Part shown: piece after piece, positions 28,704-46,707 of the stretch
Layout of the letters: each line of letters opens with the position of its first letter
Position numbering within the stretch: the first letter of the stretch is position 1
Source of the DNA: Dictyostelium discoideum
Taxonomy: Eukaryota
NCBI GenBank assembly: GCA_000004695.1
Contig: CM000152.2
Location: 4,128,001-4,192,000 of the forward strand
Reading direction: 5' to 3'
Length of the DNA: 64,000 bases
Translations under genes and position numbers: made by a program
The notes under the pieces: generated by a model
The model's database searches: none
Told to the model about the DNA's origin: nothing
What the model saw: the letters and a program-made list of their open reading frames with translations, nothing else

Positions 28704-29231
28704 CAATCACATCATAGTGGTTCACATACACCACTTAAAAAGAGATTTTCAATTGACCAAGCTCCTACCCCTTCTCATCATCCATCAGATGCCAATCCTA
28801 ATAAATTAAAATCAACAACATCAGCACTTTATAAAAAACAAAAAGATAAAAGAGAAAGAGAAGATAAAGAAAAAGAAGAAGCACATGAATCAGAAGAACA
28901 TTCAGAAGAAGATGATCATGCTAAAACAACAACTACAACCACTACAACAACCACAACAGCAACAGCAGCAACAACAACAAAAGGAAAGAAGCAAAAGGTA
29001 GAGATTGAACAAAATCCAAATGAAGCTCAAAAATTGAAAACATCAATTTGGAATCCAACTTTAAAAAATGTATTATCAAAACCACCAAATAAAGAAATGT
29101 TGGATTTAATTACAAAGGATGATGTATTCGATCAAACTAAATGGATTTCTCTAGGTGTTGATACTTCACTCTTACCTTCAATCGTGGTTGAATCAAGAAC
29201 AAAAGTACCAAAATCTGTTAGACAAATGTAA
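27822..29231 (+). CDS. CCCH-type zinc-finger protein with a very long Asn-rich low-complexity region
   Basis: Single 469-codon ORF. The N-terminus MFPSDALKIIDCPNGLNCMRIICWFKH gives C-x5-C-x4-C-x3-H spacing. It is followed by about 150 aa of N/F/Y repeats, an acidic/Ser-rich segment and a conserved-looking tail ...KTSIWNPTLKNVLSKPPNKEMLDLITKDDVFDQTKWISLG.... Confidence 0.55.
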
Positions 29232-29400
29232 ATATCTTAATATATTTTTTTATTTATTTATTTATTTTTTATTTTATTTTATTTCAACTAGTGATTCAAT
29301 TTCTAATATTATCATTTTTTTTTTTTTTTTTTTTTTAAAACACATTTATAGTATATTATTTTATATTTTGGAAAAGTGTTTAGGAATAATAAGTGATAAA

Positions 29401-29663
29401 ATGAAAGCGATTGAAGAATCTATTAAAATTGAAGAAAAAATTTATGCTGATTCTGTTAGCAAAAATGGTAAATAACTATTATTATTATTATTATTATTTT
29501 AATCCTTTAAACATTAATTTTAACTTTTTTTTTTTTTTTTTTTCTCTCTCTTTTGGGCATTACAGTTTATTTAAATTTGGTTTATATAGAGTTACCAAAA
29601 ATTTTAAAACTTTTAAAAGAAAAAGAAGAGGAAGAAGAACAATATCGAGATAATGAAAATTAA
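29401..29663 (+). CDS. Possible small two-exon gene (about 57 aa): MKAIEESIKIEEKIYADSVSKNG|VYLNLVYIELPKILKLLKEKEEEEEQYRDNEN
   Basis: join(29401..29467,29566..29663). Donor G|GTAAAT, acceptor ttacAG. Exon 2 is open to TAA. No homology recognised, so this is speculative. Confidence 0.25.
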
Positions 29664-29793
29664 AATAAAGCGAGAGGATTGGGGGTTGTATTTATTCTCC
29701 CCCCAATTTATAAATGAAAATTAATTTCTATGTTTTTATTTTTTTTTATTTATTTTTTATATACAAGTTTTTGAGTTTATTATTATACAATTA

Positions 29794-30323
29794 TTAATTG
29801 CCAGTATTATTGTTGTTATCACTATTATTATTAATATTACTATTATTATTATTTTTATTGTTGTTGTTGTTGATATTATCATCATTGTTTGTATTATTTT
29901 GATTTCTTCCTTTTGTTTTTTTATCTGATAATTCTTTTGTGTGTGCCATTGCAGCGACATTTCCTCTGAATCTATTTCTTGTATCAAACTAATTTTTTAT
30001 TATTATTTGATTAAATAATTATTAATATTTTCATTGTTTTGTTTATAAAATTAAATGATTCAAAGAAAATAAAAATAAAAATAGAAATAAAAATAATTAT
30101 TTACCATATCTCTTCTACATTTATGAAATGCATATAATAAATCTTTGCATTCTTTATCTAAATCTTTGGATTTCATACATTCATGAAATGTTCCACCATT
30201 TGTCATACAATTACTAAATCTAATACATTCAACTAAATCTTCTTTAATTCCCTTACATGGGGAGCTATTTGTTGATTCTTTTATATGAGATTCTGGTATT
30301 TGATTGTTAACGTTTGAATTCAT
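29794..30323 (-). CDS. coa5: COA5/PET191-like twin Cx9C cytochrome c oxidase assembly factor (about 137 aa)
   Basis: join(complement(29794..29988,30105..30323)). Exon 1 reads ...SPCKGIKEDLVECIRFSNCMTNGGTFHECMKSKDLDKECKDLLYAFHKCRRDM, and the donor is ATG|GTAAAT. Exon 2 reads FDTRNRFRGNVAAMAHTKELSDKK.... Compare human COA5 ..ACAGLKEDLGACLLQSDCV..CNSLKYAFFECKRSVLDNRARFRGRKG. Three C-x9-C pairs are present. Confidence 0.7.
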
Positions 30324-31048
30324 TGCGTTTTTTCATATGAAAAATAAAATTAAAAAAAAATAAAAAAATATTAATCAAAAATAATAACATTTTGTTTTTT
30401 CAAAAAAAAAAAAAAAATAAAAAAAAAAAAAAAAAAAATTTATTTTTTAATTTTATTTTTAATTTTATTTATTTTTATATTTATTTAATAATAATATGGA
30501 TTTAGTATAGATAAATAGAGCATTAAAAAATACACAAAGTTATATAGTATATTAAAAAAATGAATGTAACCATTAATTTTTTTTTTTTTTTTTTTTAATA
30601 AATTTTTTTATTTCCAAAATTTAATTACCTGCCATTCATTTTTTGTAATTTTTTTTAGCAAAAAAATCTATTTTTATATAAATATATTTCCTCTAGTTGT
30701 TGTCCTTCTTCTCCTTCTTCTTTTTCAAAAAAACATTATTCAGGAATAAATCTAAAAAAAAAAATTATTTAAATCTTTTTTGATCAAAAACAGAATGGTT
30801 TCATTAATTTTTTTATATCATTTGTATTTTTGGTGCTCTATTTTTATATAGTAAATTAAATTATTGACACTTTAAAAAAAAAAAAAAAAAAAAAAAAATT
30901 AACATATTCTTTTAAATAACTTTTGATCTTTAAACCTCACATATTACACACAATTTTTTTTATTTTATTTTTCAAACTTTGAAATTTCAAATTTAAAAAA
31001 AAAAAGGTTACTATCTTAATGTGAAAATAATAAATTATAAAAATTTAC

Positions 31049-31080
<32 letters not shown>

Positions 31081-31818
31081 AATCTAAACAATTTAAAATG
31101 ATATTAAAAAATAAAATAAATATATAAAAAAATAAAAAATAATCTAAAAATTTCTGAGATTTATTTATTATTAATTTATTTCAAATCTTAATAAAAGTGA
31201 CTCCAATGGCAATAAAAATTCAAGTAAAAATATTTAAATAAAAAAAAAAAAAAAAAAAAAAATAAAAACCTATACATGTAATAAATCAAAATTTTGAAAC
31301 TAAAAAAAACCAAATTTAGGAAAATATATTGGAAGTTTTTTTATTTTATTCAAAGAATAGATAATTGGACAGGTTTTTTAACACACTCCAACCCAATAAT
31401 TTGTATTTTTTGAACTTTTACTGTATGTAAAAGTGGTACAAAATTTCACCACGTTTATTATTTTTATTTTTTTTTTTTTTATTTAATACTATTATTATTT
31501 TTTTTCTTTTTGATTAAATAATTTATTATTTTAGATTACAAACACACATCTAATTAGTAATTCTATTGAATTTTAAAGTGGTTGATTATTTCATAACCCC
31601 ATCTATATCTTTTTGATAATATAATATATAAAAGGAAAATTTATTTAAATTTTAATAATATTTTTTTTGTTTGAATTTTTTTTTTAAAAAAAATTATTAT
31701 TAACAAAAAAAAAAAAGTATAAATGAATAATATTTTTTTTTAATTATTTTATTATTAAAACACTTCATATAACTCTATCAATTTCAAAAAATAATAATAA
31801 TAATAATAACAATTAAAA

Positions 31819-31844
31819 ATGACATTAATTAGTAAGTTTATTTG

Positions 31845-31876
<32 letters not shown>

Positions 31877-32163
31877 TTTTCCTTATTTAAAAAATAAGAA
31901 TTAACAAATTAAATAAAATAAAAAAATTTATTTTAGGATGTATTCAAAGTATTGGAAACGTATCAAATGTTATGAATAAAGCAACAATAAATACTGACAA
32001 TAACATCAATAACAATAACAATATTAATTTCTCAAATAATCAAACAACATACGTAGTTACAAAGGATCAAGGCCAAACCTGTCCAATTTCCACAACTGAT
32101 TGCGGATGTGGCCCATCACCAAAACCAGATCCACAACCAAGTCATCATGTTTATATGATGTAA
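31819..32163 (+). CDS. Small two-exon gene (79 codons) with a 13-nt micro-exon 1. Predicted peptide: MTLIRCIQSIGNVSNVMNKATINTDNN...CPISTTDCGCGPSPKPDPQPSHHVYMM
   Basis: join(31819..31831,31937..32163). Exon 1 is ATG ACA TTA ATT A, with donor GTAAGT, a 105-nt intron and acceptor ttttAG. The architecture and M-T-L-I start match the other micro-exon small genes in this window. Confidence 0.35.
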
Positions 32164-32460
32164 AAAAATTATAACTTTTTTTTAAAAGTGTAAACTATGT
32201 AAAAAAAAAATAAAAACTATATTTGTTGTCTATTTAATATTAAATAATCTTTTTTTTTTTTTTTTTTTTTTTTTATTTTCTCTCCTAATATTTTGGAATA
32301 ACAGAGAATTAAAAATAGAAAAAATAATTATTTTTAATTTATTTTATTTAATATATTGTGTTAGATTATAAATTTTTTCATCATACAAAGTACGAGTGAG
32401 AAGTATTTTATACACAATTATATGATTCCAATAATTATATGAAGTTGTTTCTTGTGTGGG

Positions 32461-32497
<37 letters not shown>

Positions 32498-32502
32498 ATC
32501 TA

Positions 32503-33005
32503 TTATTTCCAACTATTTTCCATTTGAAGATATTGTTTTGTAAATGAAGATGGTGTATTTGGGGAACACATTATCGAGTCTGCTTTTTGTGCCTGTTTTT
32601 GTTTTTTGGATTAGAGAAAATAAATAAAAATAATTAATAATCAATAAATAAATAATCAAAAATTAATCAGTAAGATATCTTACATTTGCAACGGTATCAG
32701 GTCTAGCCCAAATGCTAAACTTTTTATAAGAAACAGTAACAATCCAATCATTGGTGCATAGTAAATCAGTTAGTGGATCTGTGTGAACTCTGTGTGATAC
32801 AATTGGTAATATTATTGGTGCAACAGTTCTTGAGAGACTATTTACAAGGATTGGAGTTGTAGGTGGGGAAATATTTAAATCTATTGGCTTTTTCTGTAAT
32901 TCATTTGCTTTTTGTTGACTTTCTTTACTTAAAACTGATGATAAAGATGGTGATTCTTCCTTAGAACTATTATCATCACTATTATTACTATTATTATTAT
33001 TATTA

Positions 33006-33042
<37 letters not shown>

Positions 33043-35008
33043 TATTATTATTTAAATTATAACCTGAATTATTATTTTTATTATTTGACTTTTTTTAAAA
33101 AAAAAAAAATTAATACAGTTTCTTTTTTTTTTTTTTTTTTTTTTTATTTCCTAAATTATTAAAAAAGAAAAACTTACAAAACTTTTTCCTCTTTGTTTTC
33201 TTAGTACAGTATCTTTAGAAAAATCCCAAAGTAATAATCTTGTATCTTCACCACCAGATAGAATTCTATAATAATTTGAATCAATTGGGAAAGCATAAGG
33301 ATCAAATTTAATACAACCTACCCATGACAGATGACCCTGACCTCTTGCAACCAATTGTCTCTCTTCAAATGAGAATATACTAATGAAATCATCCTCACCA
33401 CCAGTCTAATAAAATTTTTATATTTATATATATATATATATTAATATTAATAAATATTATAATAAAAACAAATATAAAAAAAATAAAAAAAAAAAAACTC
33501 ACAGCAATATATTTTCCATCTCTACTCCAATCTACTGATAAGAAACCACCAAAATAACTCTTAAATGATAATAAATGAATTTTTCCATCAATATCATAAA
33601 TATTCAATAAACCTTCTTGACAAGCAACTGCTATATATTTGCCATCAGGCGAAAAACAAAATGAATTCACTTTCTTTTTATCAGAAACTTTCCATAGACT
33701 GACTGGATTAAATCTTGATTCCTTTTGAAGATATACTGAAAATTTAAAATCTTGTTTTTTACCACTTATACTATTATTATAACCACCATTATTATTATTA
33801 TTGCTGCTATTATTATTATTATAATTAACATTACTATTTACATTTACATTACTATTTGAAACATTATTATATTGATAGAGTAAACTTTTATGTTCTGTTC
33901 TATTTGTATCGAAAATCATAATATTTCCATTATCAAAACCTGCAATAAATCTATCATCACAATTTGGTAACCAATCTACACATAAACATTTTGTTTTTTC
34001 AAGATTCTATTAAATAGTTGTAATATAATAATTATAAGTATGATTTGAGAGAGAATTAAAAAAATTATATTAATTAATTATAAAAATAATAATTAATATT
34101 GAATACATTACATCTTTATTAAATACTTTAATATCTACTGGTTTAATTTGAGGATCAAATAATAAGATTTCACCAGTATCAGTACCAACTAGGATTTGAA
34201 GATGACTATTTTTCTTTAATTTTTTTATTTTTTGACAAAGTGCATTATAACCAGTATGAATTGGATTTATTTTCTCCTCATATTCCGCTTTATCAATATT
34301 GGTGAAATTAAATAATGATAAATTTCCAATATTTGTGAAACTAAAGTATAATTGATCTTTTTCACTTGTTGGATGGATTATATTCTTTTTACTACTATTT
34401 TTACTACCACTACTGTTACTACTACTACTACTATTACTATTACTAGTACTATTACTATTATTAATTGTACTATTGGATGGTGATGGATGAGAAGATGATT
34501 GATAATCTTCAATAGGTGTAAAAGCACCCATGGTTGAGTGTGGTATATTCAATGAATTAATTGTATTTATTGATGTAGATGATGATGCAGTATGCAATGA
34601 TGAAGTTGAGGTTGAGGATGGTGATGATGATGCTGAATTATTATTATTATTATTGTTGTTAATTATGTTATTTACATTACTTTTAGTATTATTAAATGAT
34701 GATGATGGTGTTGTATAAATAGATGATTGATGTTGTTGAAGTTGTTGTTGTTGATGATTTTTAGAACCTTTATAATAATATGAAACTTTTGGATAGCCTT
34801 TACTTGAGATGATACCTCTTTTAAATGATTTTTGATCAATTTCAACTGGAACATCTTTAATTAATTTATAATGACCTTCTGTAGTTTTAAATGAGGGTCT
34901 TATTGGTTTAGTATGTTGTACATTTGGGTTAATCCAACTAGATGCCCCTGCTAATCCATATTGACCACCAATATTTGATCCACTCCCATAAAAATGAGAT
35001 GAATTCAT
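32503..35008 (-). CDS. wdr20: WD-repeat protein 20 (WDR20 / DMR-N9 family)
   Basis: join(complement(32503..32592,32684..33088,33178..33405,33503..34006,34112..35008)). The reading is collinear with human WDR20: FKTTEGHYKLIKD, LVGTDTGEILLFDPQIKPVDIKVFNKD, KSYFGGFLSVDWSRDGKYIA|TGGEDD, VARGQGHLSWVGCIKFDPY, RILSGGEDTRLLLWDF and a C-terminal ...CTNDWIVTVSYKKFSIWARPD. The last exon (32503..32592) is tentative. If the GTAAGA donor at 32678-32683 is not used, the CDS instead ends at TAA 32663-32665. Confidence 0.75.
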
Positions 35009-35010
35009 TG

Positions 35011-35042
<32 letters not shown>

Positions 35043-35537
35043 TTATAAAATAATTAAAAAAATATAAAATGAGATAATATTGTTATTATTGTTGTAGTAT
35101 TATGTGTGTGAATGAACAAAAAAAAAAAAAAAAAAAATAAAAATAAAAAAAATAAAAATAAAAAAAATTAAAAAAAAAATAAAAAAAATTTTATAAAAAA
35201 ATAAAAAAAATATATTAATTTTTTAATTTATTTTTAATACAAGTGTTTTAAGAATTCCTAGTTTGGAGTTTTTAAATTGGGTTGACTAATGTAGTATTAT
35301 CTTTTTATTCCAAAAATTTTTTAAAATAATAATTTTGATTTTAAAAAATAATAATTTTGATAATTTTGGTAATTACCCCAGTGTTCCAAAAATTTTTAAG
35401 TTTAATTTTTAATTTTTTTGATATTTTTTTTGTATTATTTTATTTTTCATTATTATTTTATTTATTTTTTATTAAAGAAATAAAAAATTGGATTTCTTTT
35501 TTTTTATTTATTTTTATTTTTTTATATTTTATTTTTT

Positions 35538-35576
<39 letters not shown>

Positions 35577-35654
35577 GAATCTTTTTTTATTTTTTCATTT
35601 TTCATTTTCATATTTTTATTTTATCAAAAAAACGATCAAAAATAGAAAATTAAT
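35009..35654. promoter_or_regulatory. Divergent intergenic region shared by wdr20 (-) and trmt6 (+)
   Basis: 646 bp, more than 90% AT, lying between two head-to-head start codons. No specific motif is claimed. Confidence 0.3.
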
Positions 35655-36369
35655 ATGGAAACTGAAACTCCAATGGATGTTGAAACAAAATCAACAACAA
35701 GCAACACCAATGACAATAATAATAATACCACAATTGTCAAAACCACTTCAAATATTATTAAAGAAGGTGATCATGTCATTTTAGATATAAATAATGGTGA
35801 AAAGTTCTCTGTAATTAAAGTAAAATTAGGAAGGTATGTATTTAATTATTATTATTATCATTATTATTTCAAACATATATATATACATATACAAATATTA
35901 ATATTAAAATTTTTAGTAAGGTTAAAATTGGTAAAAAACAAATTTTAATAAATTCAATTATTGGTGAATCTTATTATTCAAGTTTTCAAGTTTCAAATGA
36001 AAAGAATACATTAGAACGTATTACACAAAAAGAAATTGATGATAGATTAAACAATTTGGTTGAATTGAATCAAAATGATGCAGATAATAGAAATTTAGAT
36101 CAAAATAATACAGCACAAAAATTAACACAAGAAGATATCAATGAAATGAAACAAAAAGGTACAGACTCAAATACAATCATTAAAACAATCGTTGAAAATA
36201 GTGAAAGTTTTAAAACTAAAACTTCATTCTCACAAATTAAATATTTAAAAAAGAAAATTAAAAAATATTCAACAATCGTTAAAATTATTAAACCAACTTT
36301 AAAATCATTAACTGAAGCATATTATAAAAAAGATTCAAGAAAAATTTGGTAAGTGTTGTACAATTCTTC

Positions 36370-36401
<32 letters not shown>

Positions 36402-37436
36402 CATATTTTTTAAAAAAAATACATAAAATATATTAATTTTTTTTCTTTTTTTTTTCTTTTTTATTTTTTTATTTTAATTAGTGGTCTTAGATTTGATTCA
36501 TTTGGACAATTATTAACATTAGGTAATATTAGAGCAAATAGTCAAGTATTAGTAGTTGAAACATGTATGGGATTAGTTACTGGATCAATTGCAGAGAGAA
36601 TGAATGGTCAAGGAACAATTCTATCAGCATATATTGGTAAAGGACCATCACTATCAATTGTTAATAATTTTGGTTTCAATACAGATGTTTTAAATACAAT
36701 TTATCCATTCAATTTAAATATTACAAGTGTTTTAAATAAAGGTGAAGATATCAGTAAATTACCACCAACAGCATCATCTGGTATTTATGATAAACAAGTT
36801 AAAGAAAAAGAAAAAGAAAAAGAAAAAGATGAAAATGTAAAAGATGAAAAAGAAAGTGGTGAAGAAGCAAAAACTATTATAAATCAAAGAAATGATACAT
36901 CAAATGAAAATATTGTAAAATTATTAAAGGATGGTGGTGTTTGGTCATTGGTTATTGTTACAAAGTATTCACCATTAAATATTTTATTATCATGTTGGCC
37001 ATATTTAAATTCATCAGGTAGTTTTGTAATTTATTCACAGTTCCCACAACCATTGATGGAAGTTCATCAATTCCTTCATAAGAATCAAATGGCTGTAAAT
37101 CAACAAATCTCTGAAATTTGGATGAGAGAACATCAAGTACTACCAAAAAGAACTCATCCAATGATGGGTATGGATGGTGCAAGTGGTTTCATTTTATATG
37201 GTACTAAAGTTACAAAACCAATTCAAAAATCAACTACAACTACCACAACTACTACCACCACCACCACTAATAACTCAATCAATCCAACTAAAACCACTGC
37301 TTCATTAGATATTGAAAATAAAGTTATAGATGCAACTACATCATCATCATCATCATCAACAGCAGCAGCAACAACAACTGAAGAAGATAAAGAAGATAGT
37401 GAATCAGCATTAAAGAAAAGAAAAATTGATGAATAA
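35655..37436 (+). CDS. trmt6: tRNA (adenine58-N1)-methyltransferase non-catalytic subunit TRM6/GCD10 (TRMT6)
   Basis: join(35655..35833,35917..36348,36482..37436). The reading is collinear with human TRMT6: NRNLDQNNTAQKLTQEDINEMKQKGTDSNTIIKTIVENSESFKTKTSFSQIKYLKKKIKKYSTIVKIIKPT, then FDSFGQLLTLGNIRANSQVLVVETCMGLVTGSIAERMNG.... Donors are AG|GTATGT and TG|GTAAGT, acceptors ttttAG and attAG. Confidence 0.85.
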
Positions 37437-37537
37437 TTTAGAAAAACAAAATTAATAAAAAAAATAATAATAATAATAACAAATATACCTTTTTAAAAAT
37501 TTTTAATTTAATTATATTGCGCAATATATGTTTCTTT

Positions 37538-37573
<36 letters not shown>

Positions 37574-37612
37574 GATAAATTATAATTATAATAATTTAAA
37601 AATTATTTTATT

Positions 37613-37947
37613 TTATTTAACATATTTAACTTTTTGTTTTTCTTGTTTCTTTTCCATTTTCTCTCTTCTTTTACTCTTTTCTTCTTGTGGTTGTTGTTGT
37701 TGTTGATTTCTACTTGCTAAATATGGTCCAATGAAAGTTTTCCAAATTTTAAAGATTGCAAATGCTGGAATAACTAAAATTAAATATAAACATTTATCTG
37801 AAATTAAACCTAATCCTTGAATAATACAACAAACATAAATAATATCAAAGTAATATCTAATTTATATATTTATATTTATATAAGTATTAGTATTAATAAT
37901 AAATAAATAAATAAATAAATAATTATTGATATCTATATATATAGATC

Positions 37948-38042
<95 letters not shown>

Positions 38043-38323
38043 TACTCTGTCATACCACCTTGATTTAAATCAGAACCACCATCAATAAGTTCACCATTAT
38101 TATCATAGGTTAATTTACACATTGATGTAATGATATAGTATGCAAACATATTGAGTGCATTTAATGATAAATATGCAAACCATAGCCATCCTCCAAATGT
38201 TTCACTATGATAAACGACACGATATAAAATATATGGAATTGTACCTGCTGCCATTATTAATCTAACTTTAAATAATTCTTTTTCATTTTGTGTCTTTCTT
38301 TTTTTTGCTCCTGAATTTGCCAT
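37613..38323 (-). CDS. tmem208: TMEM208 / SND2-like small ER membrane protein (173 aa)
   Basis: join(complement(37613..37856,38046..38323)). The sequence MANSGAKKRKTQNEKELFKVRLIMAAGTIPYILY...IDGGSDLNQGGMTE|YYFDIIYVCCIIQGLGLISDKCLYLILVIPAFAIFKIW... has the same length and layout as human TMEM208 (..[25 protein letters not shown]..). The intron (GA|GTATGT ... aaattAG) contains an (ATT)n tract. Confidence 0.8.
37949..38039. repeat. (ATT)n/(AAT)n microsatellite of about 30 units in the tmem208 intron
   Basis: Direct reading. Confidence 0.95.
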
Positions 38324-39311
38324 CTTTTTTTATTATTCCTATTAATATATCTGTATATATTATATTGTGTTATACTGTAATTTTAATTGTTATTTTATTT
38401 ATATTATTTAATTTAGATGTTCACTTAAAATTAAAATTTGGATGGGTGTTGGACAATATTGATTTTCTTCTTGTGGTTGTTGTTGTTGTTGATTTTTTAA
38501 TGGAAAAAAAAAAAAAAAAAATATAAAAATAAAAAAAAAAATTTTAAAAAAAAAAAGTTTTTTTTATGGAGACCTAAAAAAAAATTTTTTTTTTTTCTTT
38601 ATTTGCCATTTTCAAAAAATTCAATAGCACCTTTTGCATATATTCATATTTTTTTTTTTTTTTCTTTTTTTCCCCTCTCTATCCTTCAATTTCTTTAGTA
38701 ATATTAATAATAATAATAATATAATACAAATAATAATACCAACTTAATATATATATTTTTTTTTAATTTTTTTTTTTTATAAAAAAATTTTATTTTTAAA
38801 TTTATTTAATTTTTTTTTTTTTTTTTTTTTTAAGCCGACCTAAAACTATTTTTTTTTATTTTTTTTTTTTTTTTATAACAAAACAACCACACACAATAAA
38901 ATTTTATTATATAAATTATATCTTTAATTGTAGTGTAATTATTTATATTCACACAAAAAAACAATAAATAATAATAAAATAATAAAACAGTAATAAAAAA
39001 AAAATATAAAAAAAAAAATAAATAAAATAAAATTAGATAAACACAAATAATAATAGAAATAAAAAAAAAATAAAAAATAAAAAAAAATATTTATATATTA
39101 TAAAATTTGGAGCACATAAATAAAACATATAAATAAACATATAAATAAATGCACCAAAAAGTTTAAACAACTTAATTTTAATATTTTAATTTTTTAATTT
39201 TTTTAATTTTTTTTAATTTTTTTTATTTTTTGTTTCCAAAAAGTAAAATAAATAAAAAATAAATCCCACATAATATACAATTTTTTTTTTTTCTTCTACC
39301 AAATATAAATA

Positions 39312-42856
<3,545 letters not shown>

Positions 42857-43088
42857 TAATAATATATAATATATATAATAATCATAATATATAATTTTTT
42901 TTTTTCTTTTTTTTTTTTTGCACTTCTCTTCAATTCCTTTTTTTTTAAATTATTTAATTTTTTTTTTTTTTTTTTATTACACCAACATTTATATATATAC
43001 ATACACACATAATAATTAATAATATTAATACAATAAAATAAAATATTACACAATTTATTTTTATTAATTTTTAACAATATTCTCTTTC

Positions 43089-44256
<1,168 letters not shown>

Positions 44257-44985
44257 TTATAGTGGGAATCTTTTTTATTTTAATTTTATTTTTATTTTTA
44301 TTTTTATTTTTATTTAAAATTATAATTTTTATTATTTATTTATATTTATACATAAATACAATTATTTTTTTTTTTTTTTTTTTTTTATGAATTTTAAATT
44401 TTAATATGGATTTTTTTTTTTTTTTTTTTTTTTATTTATTTGAAATTTACCAAAAAAAATTATATTTTTTGCTTATACTTTTGTTTTAATATGTAAACAA
44501 TAATAAAAAAAATAATATAATTTTAAAATTCAACTGGAAAAAAAAAAAAATAAAAAAATAAAAAAATAAAACAGATTTATTATAATTGAAAAAAAAACAA
44601 AAAAAAAAAATAAAAAAATGATAAAAATAGTAGCCCGGCCACACAAGTGGGGTTTAATAAAAAAAAAAAAAATAAGGAGAATAAAAAATTTTATATCGGA
44701 AAATTCAATATAACCACATTCAATATTAATATTAATTCAGAGTATTTACAAAATAAAAAAAAAAAATTTCTTACTTAAATTTTTATTTTAATTTTTTTTT
44801 GAAAAATAAGGTTATGTGATTGGGGGTTTTAAAAATAGAAATTAATAAAAAAACCATCATAAAGAAATTAAAGAGAACTTTATTTTTCCCCAAAAAAAAA
44901 AAAATCTGTCTGTTTGTTGTTTTAGATTAAAAAAAAAAAAAAAAAAAAAATGGATGTGGGACCATCTACATGACAAATACTATTT

Positions 44986-45038
<53 letters not shown>

Positions 45039-45080
45039 AAAAATTGAAATTTCAACACAAAAAATGTTAACCCACAAGTA

Positions 45081-46208
45081 ATGAAAAAACACATAAACAA
45101 AAATGAATATAAAAATGAAATCGAAAATGTTGGTAATGACTTTAACCATTTAGATAATTTTGAAAATTATGATGACGATGATGATGAAGATTTTTACTAT
45201 AACCCAAGTAAAGAATTCACAAATATAAAAAATAATAGTAATAATAATAAAGATAATGAAAATTATGATAAAAAAAAAGAAGAAGAAAATAAAGAAAATG
45301 AAATTGAAGAAGAGGAATATAATAATGATGATGAAGAAGTAGATAAACCACTGAAATTAATATGTGAAGATTCAACATGTTCAATTTGTCTTTCTCCATT
45401 TGAAAATCTTACATTTTTAGATATTTGTTTTCGTAAGTAATAACTTTATTTTAATCCTCCTATATATTTAATATAAAATCTTATACTAACCATATTATAC
45501 TATTCTTTTAAAGACCAATTTTGTTTTGTTTGTATATTACAATGGTCAGAATTAAATCAAAGATGTCCACTTTGTAAAAGTGAATATCATTCTTTAATTT
45601 ATCAAGTTAAATCAAATACAGATTATCAAAGATTTATTATTCAAAATAAAAGACAAACTACTACAACTACTACAACTACTACAAATAGTAATACACAAAG
45701 AAGGCCACAACAACAACAGCATCATAATGACTCAAATCATATTTATAATAATAATAATAATAATCAAAGAAGACAACAAGTATATTTACCAAACTTATCA
45801 ATTACAGAACAACATAATGCAAGAAAAAGTATTTATTCAAGAAATGTTAAGGCTATACCAATGGTACCACCATTTAAATTATATTTAGATCCACAATCGA
45901 TAAATTCAAATTTTAAATCATTTAAAACTAAAGTTCAACCATGGATTAAAAGAGAACTTCAATCAATTTTACAAACTTCTGATACTGAAATTTTAGAAGA
46001 TTTAATTTTAGAACTCTTAAAAAAGTATAATATTATTCATGATTCAAAAATTCATGAAACTTTAGAGAAATTCTTATTTCAAAAAACTAATCTCTTTATT
46101 CATGAATTAATTTGTTTTGCAACTTCACCCTATAATATTAAAACTTATGATTCAAAAGTAATTTATGATAAAAGACAATCATTAATAACTGATATGAATA
46201 ATTTAAAC

Positions 46209-46276
<68 letters not shown>

Positions 46277-46634
46277 AAATAATAATGAGAATAATAATAA
46301 AAATGGAAATGAAGAATCAATGGAACCATTGTCACAGATTTTACAACAAACTAATTCGCCAATTAAACATATTCCATCATTCTTATCGAATATATTAACT
46401 GAAGAGATTGAAAAACAAGAATTAATTGAAAAAGAAAGAATAGAAAATGATATTCAATCAGAGAGAAAACGTATAATTCAAATTGATCAAGAGGAAAATA
46501 TTAGAAAAATTTTGAGATTAAAAGAACCAAATTGGAATAATTTTAATGACTTAAATTCTATATCTACTGATCAGCTAGAATATGAAATTTCAAATTTATC
46601 AGGTTATATTTATAATTTAAAAAATTTTAAAAAC

Positions 46635-46707
<73 letters not shown>

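Noticed and set aside
29757-29987. 76-aa minus-strand ORF MIQEIDSEEMSLQWHTQKNYQ...
   Set aside because: It is the wrong frame of COA5 exon 2. The +1 frame joins exon 1 by splicing and restores the conserved RFRG motif.
44630-44660. Short GC-rich island (tagcccggccacacaagtggggtttaat) considered as a tRNA gene
   Set aside because: It is too short and there are no A/B box spacing or acceptor-stem complementarities. It is probably a promoter-proximal element of the divergent Kelch/Topors pair.
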